A stretch of 64,000 nt of DNA. Origin: an uncultured delta proteobacterium (GTDB taxonomy: Bacteria; Desulfobacterota; Binatia; Binatales; Binataceae). This document shows, one piece after another, positions 1 to 9,883 of this stretch. The notes beneath the pieces were generated by a model, which saw nothing but the letters and a program-made list of their open reading frames with translations, was not told the origin of the DNA and did no database searches. Positions within the stretch are counted from its first letter, which is position 1; every line of letters starts with the position of its first letter. Where the stretch lies: contig CAWJET010000001.1 of NCBI GenBank assembly GCA_963842085.1, forward strand, positions 2,432,001 to 2,496,000. Reading direction: 5' to 3'. The translations under genes and the position numbers were made by a program.

Positions 1-21
1 GGTTAGGTGAGGGTTCTGCGG
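1..21 (-). repeat. REP-like repeat family A, left copy (truncated by window edge)
   Basis: Reverse complement CCGCAGAACCCTCACCTAACC matches 456-476 at 20/21 nt. Confidence 0.85.
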
Positions 22-67
22 TTCACCACCATTTCATGTCACGCGCAAAAGTGAGATTGTCCCATCG

Positions 68-454
68 ATGGCCGACCTCACGCCGCCGCGACTCCTTCCA
101 AAAGTACCACTCGCTCGTTCTCGTGCACTGCGTCGCGATTCCACCGAAGCTGTGAAGCGACTGTGGGCGATTCTGCAGAATCGACAACTCGACGGCAGGA
201 AGTTTCGTCGTCAGGTTGCGCTCGATTCGTACATCGTAGATTTCTGCTGCAGCGCGGCGAGGTTGATCGTCGAAATCGATGGCGAACAGCATGCTGACAA
301 ACGCAAGCGCTACGACGACGCACGTACGCGAGAACTGGAAGCGCGCGGTTTCAGAGTGATCAGATTCTGGAACTACGAAGTGTTGCAGGGCGCTGAGGGC
401 GTGGTCGAGGAGATTCGACGCCTATTGTCTGACGCTGGCCGATCACCACGATGA
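68..454 (+). CDS. DUF559 (Vsr-like, PD-(D/E)XK) endonuclease domain protein
   Basis: Typical motifs: ARALRRDST, KFRRQ, YIVDF, LIVEIDGEQH, YDDARTRELEARGFRVIRFWN. Confidence 0.9.
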   Translation: MADLTPPRLLPKVPLARSRALRRDSTEAVKRLWAILQNRQLDGRKFRRQVALDSYIVDFCCSAARLIVEIDGEQHADKRKRYDDARTRELEARGFRVIRFWNYEVLQGAEGVVEEIRRLLSDAGRSPR

Positions 455-455
455 T

Positions 456-500
456 CCGCAGTACCCTCACCTAACCTCTCCCGTAAACTAACGGGCGAGG
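456..500 (+). repeat. REP-like repeat family A, right copy with hairpin
   Basis: ACCCTCACCTAA followed by imperfect hairpin CCTCTCCCGT-aaacta-ACGGGCGAGG. Confidence 0.85.
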
Positions 501-517
501 CATCAGAAAGAGACCAC

Positions 518-994
518 ATGGCGATGAAATGGCCGGCGGGATTTGAACCTGACAAATCATCGGTTTGCGCGCGCAACGAAATTGCGATTGCTGCGCCGCC
601 GGAGCGCGTTTGGCGATGGCTCATTCGCGCCGTCAAGTGGCCTGAGTGGTACAGCAACAGCGCCAACGTTAATTTCATTCGCGGCAATCCGCCCGACCTT
701 GCGCCCGGCACCGAATTCAAATGGAAGACCTTTGGCGCGACCGTCGCCAGCCGCGTGATCGTCTTCGATCCGCCGCATGAACTCGGATGGGACGCGCATG
801 GCGTGTTGAGCGCCTATCACGGCTGGCTTATCGAGCCGGACGGCGGCGGCGGATGCCGCGTCGTCACCGAGGAATGCCAGAACGGCCTCGTGCCGAAACT
901 TGCATGGTGGTATCTGCGCCCGATGCTCGAGCGCGGGCATCAGAACTGGGTCGAGAGCCTCAAACGCGTTGCCGAAGGCGGAGATCCGTCGTAG
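518..994 (+). CDS. SRPBCC/START (polyketide cyclase-like) family protein
   Basis: I.IAAPPERVW..L...WPEW N-terminal signature; C-terminal LK..AE helix. Confidence 0.85.
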   Translation: MAMKWPAGFEPDKSSVCARNEIAIAAPPERVWRWLIRAVKWPEWYSNSANVNFIRGNPPDLAPGTEFKWKTFGATVASRVIVFDPPHELGWDAHGVLSAYHGWLIEPDGGGGCRVVTEECQNGLVPKLAWWYLRPMLERGHQNWVESLKRVAEGGDPS

Positions 995-1012
995 CAATCC
1001 GCCGGCGTCGTG

Positions 1013-1408
1013 CTAGTCGTCCGCCAGGATCACTTCGAAGGCGGCGCTGTTGTCGCGGATAATACCCATCGACGCTAGAAATCGCGCCAGCCGAAGCATC
1101 GGAATCACGTACCAGTATTTGCGCTCGACCAGGCCGCTCACCTTTTCGCGTTCCTGCGCGTCCGTAATCTCGCGCACGTCGCCGTTGAAAGCTTCGTTGC
1201 CAACCCGAAGCGAGACGGCGGGTCGCACTTTCACGTTGCGCACCCAGTTGCGATCGGCATTTGCCGAGACCAGGTACAGCCGGTCGCCATCGACCAGGTA
1301 CCAGATAGTCACCTCGTAGGGGCGGCCGCTCTTGCGTCCGTAGTGAGTCAGGCGCAGCGTCTGCCGGTCACCGGCCTTGCGCAGCCGTTCGAAAGATTTC
1401 GATGCCAT
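1013..1408 (-). CDS. Deazaflavin (F420)-dependent nitroreductase family (split barrel, DUF385-like)
   Basis: LRLTHYGRKSG and NWVRNV..P.V motifs. Confidence 0.75.
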   Translation of the reverse strand: MASKSFERLRKAGDRQTLRLTHYGRKSGRPYEVTIWYLVDGDRLYLVSANADRNWVRNVKVRPAVSLRVGNEAFNGDVREITDAQEREKVSGLVERKYWYVIPMLRLARFLASMGIIRDNSAAFEVILADD

Positions 1409-1433
1409 CGTAGTGCACCTCGCGTTCTTCGCT

Positions 1434-1967
1434 TTATCGCGCCGCCGCGGCCTCGTAGTCCTGTCGCAAAAGCGCCATCATGAAAACGTCGCGATATTTT
1501 CCATCGACGAAACTCTCCTGACGCAGAAGTCCTTCGCGGACGAAGCCGCACTTCTCGTAGCATCGCACCGCGCGGGAATTGTCGACCAGGGTGGTGAGCC
1601 ACAATCGATTCAGGTTCATTTTGTCGAACGCCAGGCGAATTACGATTCGCAGCGCGTCGCTGCCAAGACCCTTGTCCCAGAGCTGTTTCTCGCCGATCGT
1701 GATGAAGAACTCGGCCTTGCGGCTTTTCCAGTCGATCTTTCGCAGTCCGCAATCGCCGACCAGCTTTCCGTCGAGCGTTTCGATTGCGAAGTACTTCGCA
1801 TCGTCGCCCGCTGCCTGTGCGAGCTCGATGAATTTTTCCTGCTGCGCGCGCGAGGGCAGATTCGGCGGCCCGAGCCATCGCGTGACTTCCTCGTCAGAGA
1901 ACCATCGGAACAGCGCGTCGACGTCGGATTTTTCGTAACCGCGCAGCCTGGTCAGTTTTCCCTGCAT
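1434..1967 (-). CDS. GNAT acetyltransferase, RimJ/RimL type
   Basis: IGEK..WDKGLG, LNRLWL, N.RA.RCYEKCGF.REG.LR motifs. Confidence 0.9.
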   Translation of the reverse strand: MQGKLTRLRGYEKSDVDALFRWFSDEEVTRWLGPPNLPSRAQQEKFIELAQAAGDDAKYFAIETLDGKLVGDCGLRKIDWKSRKAEFFITIGEKQLWDKGLGSDALRIVIRLAFDKMNLNRLWLTTLVDNSRAVRCYEKCGFVREGLLRQESFVDGKYRDVFMMALLRQDYEAAAAR

Positions 1968-2003
1968 CCGGCTCCATCGCGCGATTGATATTCGCGCAGT
2001 CGG

Positions 2004-3377
2004 TTACTGAGTGATGGTTTCCATGACGCGGCCGCTCGCACCGTCAACGATATTGACCTCGACCGGCGCCGAAATGTTGTTGTCTTTCTTGGCGCTGTCG
2101 ATGCCCGCCTTCAGATCGGACAGGAACTTGTCCTTGGCAAACGGCGGCATTTGATCCATCGGAAAGTTGTCCATCAGGACCTTGGCCTTGAACTTGTCGG
2201 GCCACTCGACGGAGCCGACTTTTGGTCCCGCAACCGGCAAGCCTCGCACCATCTGCTCGATAGCACCGTGAAAATCCTTTGCACCAGCCGCTGGCGCCGC
2301 CGCGGGCGCGCCGGAGGTTTGCGCCACCATCGCGGCTGACGCAGCGGGAGCGCCCGCCGCCGCATTCTGCGCCGCCGGCGCAGCGGCAGGCGTCGCCGAC
2401 ACCGCCTGCATCGACGCGCTCGCGGCCGGCGCGCCGCTGAACTTTGCGATCAGATCCTTCACCTGGCTGCGCGCAGTATCGTCCGGCGCGAGCGCCAGCG
2501 CTTGCTTGAGCGCGGCCGCCGCGTCATCGGGCTTGTTCTCCTGCGTGTACGCGATCCCCATGTTGTAGTACGCCTGGAAAAATCCGGGCTTGGCGGCGAG
2601 CGCTTTCTTGTATTGCACGATCGCCTGATCGGCGTTGCCGGTGTAGAGGTACATCGTGCCGAGGTCGGTGCGAACTTCCGGATCGTCCGGCTTCTTCTTC
2701 AGGTAATGCTCGTACGCGGCAATCGCTTCGTCGTAGAGCTGCTTGTCGTAGTCGATGTCGCCGATGCCGCGCAGCGCGTCGAGGTTGTCCGGCTCCAGCT
2801 TCAGCACGTGGCCGTACGCTTCCTCGGCCTTGCCGTAGTAAGTTTGATCGAACATCGCCGCGCGCATCGAGACGGCGCCGAATTTGTTCCATGCCGCGAC
2901 GTCGCGGGGTTTCGCGAGCGCGTCTTTTTCGATCTTGTCGACAAAAGTGCGAGCTTCGGTCGGCAGCTCGATCGTGGGATGTCCCGGCGGCAGACTGCCG
3001 TTCTGACTTCCACCAGCCGCGGGATTTGCTGTGACATTCTGCGGCGCGGCCGGGTTGGGCGCGACACTGCCCGGATTCAAAGCGGGCGCGGCGGCGCTCG
3101 GTGCGTTGGCGACGGGTGGCGCAACCGCGATTTGTTCGCGCACCACTTCGGGGGTGCGCAGATATATCCATCCGGCCACAGCCAGGCACGCCACGGCGAG
3201 CGTGATGAACACGGACGCAAACGCCGTCGTGATCGTTGTGCCGCGTCCGCGAGCCGCGCTGACGCCGCCCGATTCTCCCGCGCCCGATGCAGCGGCGTCG
3301 AGAGCGCGGCCGCATTCCACGCAGAACTTGGCTCCGGCCAGCAGGGGCGCTCCACATTGCGGACAAAATCGCATCAT
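2004..3377 (-). CDS. Zinc-ribbon, TM and TPR protein
   Basis: FCPQCG...FCVECG double zinc ribbon, one TM helix, LPPGHP motif, several TPR repeats; start is one of several adjacent codons. Confidence 0.8.
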   Translation of the reverse strand: MMRFCPQCGAPLLAGAKFCVECGRALDAAASGAGESGGVSAARGRGTTITTAFASVFITLAVACLAVAGWIYLRTPEVVREQIAVAPPVANAPSAAAPALNPGSVAPNPAAPQNVTANPAAGGSQNGSLPPGHPTIELPTEARTFVDKIEKDALAKPRDVAAWNKFGAVSMRAAMFDQTYYGKAEEAYGHVLKLEPDNLDALRGIGDIDYDKQLYDEAIAAYEHYLKKKPDDPEVRTDLGTMYLYTGNADQAIVQYKKALAAKPGFFQAYYNMGIAYTQENKPDDAAAALKQALALAPDDTARSQVKDLIAKFSGAPAASASMQAVSATPAAAPAAQNAAAGAPAASAAMVAQTSGAPAAAPAAGAKDFHGAIEQMVRGLPVAGPKVGSVEWPDKFKAKVLMDNFPMDQMPPFAKDKFLSDLKAGIDSAKKDNNISAPVEVNIVDGASGRVMETITQ

Positions 3378-3494
3378 CAAATTCCTACATGACCCGTTCG
3401 TTCCAGCGCAACACGCCCCGGATTCGGGTTCCCGCGCTTGAGGCGCCTGATGTATAGTCCCGCTCGCAAGTCTAATTGTGCGAGGTAACCGGCC

Positions 3495-4145
3495 ATGCTG
3501 CTCTACGACTCATTTGGACCCAACCCGCGCGCGACGCGAATGTTTCTGGCGGAGAAGGGAATTACCATCCCGAGCAAGAATGTCGATCTGATGGCGGCGG
3601 AAAATCGCAGGCCGCCCTACACCGATCGCAATCCCGGCGGACAACTGCCGGCGCTCGAGCTCGACAACGGCAAGTGTATCGGCGAGACCGTCGCGATCTG
3701 GGAATACCTCGAGGAAAAACATCCGACGCCCGCGCTGATCGGCGCCACCGCCGAAGAACGCGCCGAGACCCGCCAGTGGCAGCGCCGAATCGAGCTGCTG
3801 ATCACCGAGCCTCTTTACAGCGCCTTCCGCTATTCCGAGGGCGCCGAGCTGTTCAAGGATCGGATGCGCATCCTGCCCGAGGCGGCGCCCGGAATGAAGG
3901 CGGCCGTGCAGGACAAGCTCAAGTGGCTCGACAAGCTGCTCGAGGGCAAGCAATACATCGCGGGCGATCGATTCACCGTCGCCGACATCATTCTGTATTG
4001 CGCGCTCGACTTCGGCGCCAGCGTCAAGCAGCCGCTCGACCCGTCGCTGAAGAACGTGAACGCGTGGTTCAAGCGCGTCGATTCGCGGCCCAGCGCCAGG
4101 TCGAGCCTGCATCCCGCGTCGGCGCAAGTCGGGATGAAGGGTTAG
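3495..4145 (+). CDS. Glutathione S-transferase family protein
   Basis: PNPR...FLAEKG, NP.GQLPALELD, ET.AI.EYLEE, F.VADI. Confidence 0.92.
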   Translation: MLLYDSFGPNPRATRMFLAEKGITIPSKNVDLMAAENRRPPYTDRNPGGQLPALELDNGKCIGETVAIWEYLEEKHPTPALIGATAEERAETRQWQRRIELLITEPLYSAFRYSEGAELFKDRMRILPEAAPGMKAAVQDKLKWLDKLLEGKQYIAGDRFTVADIILYCALDFGASVKQPLDPSLKNVNAWFKRVDSRPSARSSLHPASAQVGMKG

Positions 4146-4163
4146 CCGGCGAGACGCGTCGCG

Positions 4164-5171
4164 ATGCCCGGAAATTTCGAACAGGTAACCGCGCAACTGA
4201 CCGCGTTGGTGCGCGCGAAGACGGGCGACCCCGGCGCGCGAGCGCATTCGCTCGCGGCGCTGCCGGGTCACGCCGGCTTCAGTTACAGCTTTATTCTCGA
4301 ACGGAGCCGGCCGGGCGCGGCGCCGGCGGGAAAATTCGTCGTGCGCATCGCGCCTCCCGGCGTGAAAATTTCCGGCCCCGCCGACATCGTGCGCCAGGCG
4401 CGCGTGATGGCGTCGCTGGCCGACACCCCGGTCGCAGTGCCGCCGATCGTCTGGTACGGCGACGAGCCCGAGTTCTTCGAGCGTCCGTACTTCGTCGCCG
4501 GCTTCGTCGAGGGCTTCAAGCTCGGCGAATCTTCCCTGCCACTCGCGCACCTGAAACGCCTCGCGCGCAACGGGATCGCGACGATGGCCGCGCTGCACAA
4601 CGTCCCGTGGGAGCCGCGCTGCGCCGCATGGGGCGAGCCGTTCGCGCTGAGCGAGGAGCTCAAGCGCCTGGACTACCTGCTCGACCGTCCGACGCTCGAT
4701 CCCGCGGTGGTCGCGCGCGCGCCCGAACTTCGCGAGCGCCTGCGCTCGAGCCTGCCCGCGGGCGCGCGCATCGGATGCGTCCACGGCGACTTCCAATGGT
4801 CGAACGTGCTGTTCAACGAGGTGCGCGTGGTCGCGCTGATCGACTGGGAAATCTCGCTGGTCGGCGCGACGCTGCTCGACCTCGGCTGGATTTGCTTCTT
4901 TTCAGATCCCGAAAGCTGGGTCGGAGCCGATGTTCGCGGCTCGCTGCTCAACGCCGACGAAATCGTCGACGCGTACGCCGAGGCCGCCGGCTTCCCCGTC
5001 TCGATTCCCGAAGTGCGATGGTTCCGCGCATTCGCGGGCTACCGTTTCGGTGTGATCACGTGCTTCAACCTGATGCTCCACCGCCGCGGCAAGCGCCCCG
5101 ACCCGTTGTGGGAAGATACCGCTCTGTCTGCGCCGCGAATGTTCGAGCGCGGCCTCGAACTGTTGGGCTAG
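4164..5171 (+). CDS. Phosphotransferase (APH/ACAD10-like kinase) family protein
   Basis: HGDFQWSN and IDWE kinase motifs. Confidence 0.85.
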   Translation: MPGNFEQVTAQLTALVRAKTGDPGARAHSLAALPGHAGFSYSFILERSRPGAAPAGKFVVRIAPPGVKISGPADIVRQARVMASLADTPVAVPPIVWYGDEPEFFERPYFVAGFVEGFKLGESSLPLAHLKRLARNGIATMAALHNVPWEPRCAAWGEPFALSEELKRLDYLLDRPTLDPAVVARAPELRERLRSSLPAGARIGCVHGDFQWSNVLFNEVRVVALIDWEISLVGATLLDLGWICFFSDPESWVGADVRGSLLNADEIVDAYAEAAGFPVSIPEVRWFRAFAGYRFGVITCFNLMLHRRGKRPDPLWEDTALSAPRMFERGLELLG

Positions 5172-5203
5172 GGAGCATACTTTTAGGATCGGGAGGTGGC
5201 GAA

Positions 5204-6913
5204 ATGGACGGTGCAGCCAAACGTCAGCCTGAAATTCAGACGCCCGAGGAAAACCATCCCGCGCTGAACGCGATTCTGGGCGCCAATCCGTTCGTCGGCC
5301 TCGACGCCACGCAGGTGGTCGGAACGTTGACGACCTTGCTGACCCATCTGGCGTCGGAGCCCGCTGCCGTCGCCTCGCGAGCGATTCAACTGTGGCTTGA
5401 GCTGGGGCAGATTGCGGCGGGCGTTTCCTCGGTGGCTCCCGAAGCCGGTGACAGACGTTTCGCCGATCCCGCATGGACGCAGCATCCGCTCTACCATCGC
5501 ATGATGCAGACCTACCTCGCGTGGCGCGCCGCGATGCACGATCTCGTCGACCAGGATGAAAGCGTCGAGTGGAAGGAGGTCGAGCAGCAGAAGTTCGCGG
5601 TCACGCTGATGACCGAGGCGCTCGCGCCCACCAACGTGTTCTGGCTCAATCCCGCGGCGCTCAAGCGCGCCTTCGACACCGCGGGGATGAGCGTGCTCTG
5701 GGGCATGCGCAATTTCATCGGCGATCTGTGGAACAACGGCGGGATGCCGTCGACGGTGGACAAGCGGCCGTTCGAAGTCGGCAGAAATCTCGCGCTATCG
5801 CCGGGCGCCGTCGTGTTCCGCAACCCGGTCTGCGAGGTGATCCAGTACGCGCCCGCGACCGACAAGGTTTACGAGCGCCCGCTGCTCTTCATCCCGCCGC
5901 AAATCAACAAGTTCTACATCATGGATCTCGCGCCCGGCCGGAGCTTCGTCGAGTACGCGGTCAAGCACGGCATTCCGATGTTCACGATCAGCTGGCGCAA
6001 TCCGACCCCGCGCGATCGCAACTGGGGGCTCGACGCGTACGTCACGGCGTGCAAGGACGCCATCGCGGCCGCCTGCGAGATCACCGGCAGTCCCGATTGC
6101 AACGTGCTCGGAGTATGCGCCGGCGGTATCACGACCTCGCTCATGCTCGGGCATCTCGCGGCGTCGGGTGACAAGCGGGTCAACGCAGTCACGCTGCTGG
6201 TGACGATGCTCGATACGAGCCTGCCCTCGATGACCGGGATGTTCGCGACCGCGGACGCGATCAGGGCGGCGCGCGATCGTTCTGCGGAAAAAGGCGTGCT
6301 CGACGGCGGCGACATGGCGCGAGTCTTCGCCTGGCTGCGTCCGAACGATCTGGTGTGGAACTATTGGGTCAACAATTATCTGCTCGGCAACGATCCCGCG
6401 CCGTTCGACATCCTCTATTGGAACGCCGACTCCACCAATCTTCCGGCCAAGCTGCACGCGGGCTTCCTGGATCTGTTCCTGAGAAATCCTTTGACACGCG
6501 GCGGCGAAGTCTCGGTGCTCGGCACGCCGATCGATCTGCGCGCCGTCAAGAACGATCTTTACCTGGTCGCCGGCATGACCGACCACATCTGCGCATGGCG
6601 CGCGTGCTATCGCGCGACTCGGATGTTCGGCGGACGAATCGAATTCGTGCTCGGCTCCAGCGGCCATATCCAGAGCCTCGTCAATCCGCCGGGCAACTTC
6701 AAAGCCCGCTACTACATCGGCGCGCGCCTACCGGAAGATCCCGACGAATGGGTCAAGGGCGCAGTTGAAAACAAGGGCACCTGGTGGGACCACTGGATCA
6801 AGTGGATAGTCGCGCGCTCCGGCGGCGAACGCCCGGCGCCAAAATCCCTGGGCAGCGAGTTGTATAAGGCAGGCGAACCCGCCCCCGGCCTATACGTCCA
6901 CGAACGCCACTAG
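5204..6913 (+). CDS. phaC: Polyhydroxyalkanoate synthase (class II-like)
   Basis: GGAGG RBS before ATG 5204; D.RF.DPAW, PPQINKFYIMDL, lipase box GVCAGG, W.RPNDLVWNYWVNNYL, DH, SGHIQS. Confidence 0.93.
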   Translation: MDGAAKRQPEIQTPEENHPALNAILGANPFVGLDATQVVGTLTTLLTHLASEPAAVASRAIQLWLELGQIAAGVSSVAPEAGDRRFADPAWTQHPLYHRMMQTYLAWRAAMHDLVDQDESVEWKEVEQQKFAVTLMTEALAPTNVFWLNPAALKRAFDTAGMSVLWGMRNFIGDLWNNGGMPSTVDKRPFEVGRNLALSPGAVVFRNPVCEVIQYAPATDKVYERPLLFIPPQINKFYIMDLAPGRSFVEYAVKHGIPMFTISWRNPTPRDRNWGLDAYVTACKDAIAAACEITGSPDCNVLGVCAGGITTSLMLGHLAASGDKRVNAVTLLVTMLDTSLPSMTGMFATADAIRAARDRSAEKGVLDGGDMARVFAWLRPNDLVWNYWVNNYLLGNDPAPFDILYWNADSTNLPAKLHAGFLDLFLRNPLTRGGEVSVLGTPIDLRAVKNDLYLVAGMTDHICAWRACYRATRMFGGRIEFVLGSSGHIQSLVNPPGNFKARYYIGARLPEDPDEWVKGAVENKGTWWDHWIKWIVARSGGERPAPKSLGSELYKAGEPAPGLYVHERH

Positions 6914-6922
6914 TTTCTGTCT

Positions 6923-6957
6923 CCTCTCCCTGCAAGGGAGAGGATGAAGGTGAGGGT
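6923..6957 (-). repeat. REP-like repeat family A copy between convergent genes (possible bidirectional terminator)
   Basis: Perfect hairpin CCTCTCCC-tgcaa-GGGAGAGG followed by AGGTGAGGGT. Confidence 0.75.
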
Positions 6958-7014
6958 CCGATTGCAGCGCGGCTTCTCTTTCGCGCGCGATTAAAGACTC
7001 TGTCTTCCGACCGC

Positions 7015-7737
7015 TCACCTCGCAGCCAGCACCTCCGCCAGATGCCGCACCTCGATCTTCTCGCCCGCGCGGCTCAAGCCTCCACCGATCTGCATCAGGC
7101 ATCCGCAATCGTTGGCGACCACGACCTCGGCGCCACTCTCCTTGATACGCTCCATCTTGTCGTCGAGCATCGACGCCGAGATATGCGGGAACTTCACCGA
7201 GAACATCCCGCCGAAGCCGCAGCACTCCTCGCGATCGCGCAGCTCGCATATCTTGATTCCCGCCACCGCGCTCAGCAGCGTCATCGGCTCGGCGCGCACG
7301 CCCAGCTCGCGCATCAGGTGACACGACGGATGATACGCAACCGCCCGCTCGTAGCGCGCGCCCAAATACTTCACCTTCAGCACGTTGACGATGAACTGCG
7401 AGAGCTCGAATACCCACGGCCGAATCGCCATCGCCTTGGCGGCCAGTGCGGGATCGTCGGCGAGCAAGTCGCCGTAAAAAATCTTCAGCATGCTTGTGCA
7501 TGAGCCCGACGGAACGACGATCGGAACGCCGGGCTCGACCGAGTTCAGAAAACGTCGCGCGAGATCGAGCGCCTGGTCGCGCATGCCTTCGTTGAATGCC
7601 ACCTGCCCGCAGCAGAACGCGCCGCGCACGGGAGTCACCTTGAGCCGCAGCCGCTCGAGCACCGTTGCGGCAGCGTCGTTGACCTCGGGGAAAAATTCCT
7701 CTGCGAGGCAGGTTGAGAATAATTGGACTTCAGTCAT
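7015..7737 (-). CDS. lutA: L-lactate utilization protein A (CCG Fe-S domain)
   Basis: CCGQ, PSGSC, YHPSCH, CCGFGGMFSVK, D.GCLMQI. Confidence 0.9.
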   Translation of the reverse strand: MTEVQLFSTCLAEEFFPEVNDAAATVLERLRLKVTPVRGAFCCGQVAFNEGMRDQALDLARRFLNSVEPGVPIVVPSGSCTSMLKIFYGDLLADDPALAAKAMAIRPWVFELSQFIVNVLKVKYLGARYERAVAYHPSCHLMRELGVRAEPMTLLSAVAGIKICELRDREECCGFGGMFSVKFPHISASMLDDKMERIKESGAEVVVANDCGCLMQIGGGLSRAGEKIEVRHLAEVLAAR

Positions 7738-8422
7738 CGCGTGGCCACACCACCATCACGTGCAACGACTTGGGGCCATGCACACCGAGTACGATTCGCT
7801 TCTCTATATCCGCGGTCCTGCTCGGTCCGGTGATCAAAGTCAATCGATTCTCCGCGACGCCAGCCGGGCCCAACTGGGCGAGCACCGCCGCGAGATTGGC
7901 TTTTATCCGGTCGATCTGAACGATTGCCAGGCTCGCCGGCGGCAGCAGTGTAAGCGAACTCGGCCGATTCGCGGTTGAAACCACGGCCAACGTGCCGGTC
8001 GAGGCGATCGCGAACTCGGCTTCGGCGATCCCGAGCTCGGCATCCGCGACGCGCGCGCGCATCGCGGCGCGCTCGGTGTCCGCCACCGGCACCGTGCGGA
8101 CGATCCTGAAGTCTGCGCGCTCGAGCGCCTCGCCGATCGCATCCATGTCGCTCACGACGCCTTGTCCAACCGCTACCGTCCTGGCGCCGATCTCGCCGGC
8201 GAGAGTGACTATTCGATTAGTCACTTCGGCCGGAGTGAGTATTCCAAGAAACTTGCCGCCGACCTCTTCGAGCTCGCGTGCGAACGTCGATGCGAGCTCG
8301 GCGCGCTGCGCCGACTGTGCCACAGGCACCGCTGCGCTCGCGTCCGCGTCGTGCAAGTTGCTCCGCGCGCCGGCGCCCAGGGCGTCCTTTACGCTCGCGA
8401 TTATTTTGTGCAGCTCGGCCAC
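7730..8422 (-). CDS. lutC: L-lactate utilization protein C (LUD domain)
   Basis: AIASTGT, SLLPP-like segment, ITGPSRTADIE...VLGVHGP. Confidence 0.88.
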   Translation of the reverse strand: MAELHKIIASVKDALGAGARSNLHDADASAAVPVAQSAQRAELASTFARELEEVGGKFLGILTPAEVTNRIVTLAGEIGARTVAVGQGVVSDMDAIGEALERADFRIVRTVPVADTERAAMRARVADAELGIAEAEFAIASTGTLAVVSTANRPSSLTLLPPASLAIVQIDRIKANLAAVLAQLGPAGVAENRLTLITGPSRTADIEKRIVLGVHGPKSLHVMVVWPRDD

Positions 8423-8424
8423 GT

Positions 8425-9849
8425 TCAGCTCGGCGGCCGCTCGGGCTCGGGGCGCTTATGTGGCCGTGGGCGCGGGAAGTCGCGATACTTCGTCCAGTTC
8501 CCGAACGGCCCCGGCATCCGACGCAGATAACCGTTGTGCGCGAACGGTTTCAGCACCATCGCGGCAAATTTTCCAAGCGCTCGAGCCGTCCGTGGATGCC
8601 GCGCCGTCGCCGCGAACCGCCGCGCGCCCCGCCGCGCCCGCTCGATCGCGCGCGGCCATTTGAGCGGACGCCTGCCCATGCTCTCTTTCCAGCGCAGATG
8701 GAGCAGGATTCGCGGGATATCGATCTTGACGGGACAGATGTCCTTGCACGCGCCGCACAGTGTCGACGCGAACGGCAGGTACCCCGCGGCGCTGCCGAAA
8801 AGATTTGGACTGATGATCGACCCGATCGGTCCCGGATACACCGAGCGATACGCGTGACCCCCGATGCGCCGGTAAATCGGGCACATATTCAGGCACGCGC
8901 CGCATCGGATGCAATTCAACGTCTCGCGCAGGACCGGATCCGCCAGCATCGCGCTACGGCCGTTGTCCACGATGACGACGTGCATCTCGCCCGGCCCGTC
9001 GAGCTCGCCCTCGCGCCGCGGACCCGTGATGAAGCTGGTGTAGGTCGTGAGCTTCTGCCCGGTCGCGGTGCGCGCGAGGATTTCCAGGAAGTGGCTCAGG
9101 TCTTCGAGCCGCGGGATAACCTTCTCGATTCCCATGACGGCCACGAACGTCTCCGGCATCGTGCTCGAGAGCCGGCCGTTGCCTTCATTCTCGACGACAA
9201 TCAGCGTGCCGGTCTCCGCGATCGCAAAATTGACGCCAGTGACGCCGAAATCCGCGGCCAGAAAAATCGCGCGCAATCGCGCACGCGCTTCGGCCGTGAG
9301 CTTTTCGGGCTCCGCGGTGTATTCGATGCCGAATTTGTCGGTGAACAGTTGTCCGATGTCTTCCTTCGACAGGTGAATCGCGGGCGTGATGATATGCGAC
9401 GGGCGCTCGCCGCGAAGCTGCACGATATACTCGCCGAGGTCCGTCTCGACCGCGTCGATGCCGGCCTTTGCGAGCGCGTCGTTGAGATCGATCTCCTCGG
9501 TCGTCATCGACTTGCCCTTGACGACGTTCTTCGCACCCTTGGCCTTCGCGAGTTTGACGATGTAGTCGCGTGCCTGTGTCGCATCCTCGGCGAAGAACAC
9601 CTTGCATCCGCGCGCTTCGAGCTTCGAGGTCAGCTCGATGAGCAACTCGTCGAGATGCGCAATCGCGTCGGTCTTGATTCGATGCGCGGCGTCGCGCTCG
9701 CTGTCATACGGCGGAAACTCCGCCTTGACTTGCGCGAAGTGATCGAGATGCCGCGCGCTGGCGCTCTCGAGCTTGCGCCGCAACTCATGGTCGCCGATGG
9801 CGGCGGTGCTCGACTCGAAGAAATCGCGGGCTTTCGGAAATTCAGCCAT
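8425..9849 (-). CDS. lutB: L-lactate utilization Fe-S protein B
   Basis: KSM.TEEI, ETDLGEYIVQL, PSHII.PAIH, NEGNGR, CIRCGAC...CP, C..CPVKIDIP. Confidence 0.93.
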   Translation of the reverse strand: MAEFPKARDFFESSTAAIGDHELRRKLESASARHLDHFAQVKAEFPPYDSERDAAHRIKTDAIAHLDELLIELTSKLEARGCKVFFAEDATQARDYIVKLAKAKGAKNVVKGKSMTTEEIDLNDALAKAGIDAVETDLGEYIVQLRGERPSHIITPAIHLSKEDIGQLFTDKFGIEYTAEPEKLTAEARARLRAIFLAADFGVTGVNFAIAETGTLIVVENEGNGRLSSTMPETFVAVMGIEKVIPRLEDLSHFLEILARTATGQKLTTYTSFITGPRREGELDGPGEMHVVIVDNGRSAMLADPVLRETLNCIRCGACLNMCPIYRRIGGHAYRSVYPGPIGSIISPNLFGSAAGYLPFASTLCGACKDICPVKIDIPRILLHLRWKESMGRRPLKWPRAIERARRGARRFAATARHPRTARALGKFAAMVLKPFAHNGYLRRMPGPFGNWTKYRDFPRPRPHKRPEPERPPS

Positions 9850-9883
9850 CGAGGATGTCGCGCGTCAGTTTATCGGCGCAACT

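Noticed and set aside
3476-6913. 1145-aa ORF suggesting a giant PhaC fusion
   Set aside because: The N-terminal half is an off-frame read-through of the GST and kinase genes; phaC has its own RBS and ATG at 5204.
7015-9849. lutB-lutC-lutA gene order differing from lutABC
   Set aside because: Order permutations of this operon are common and all subunits look intact.
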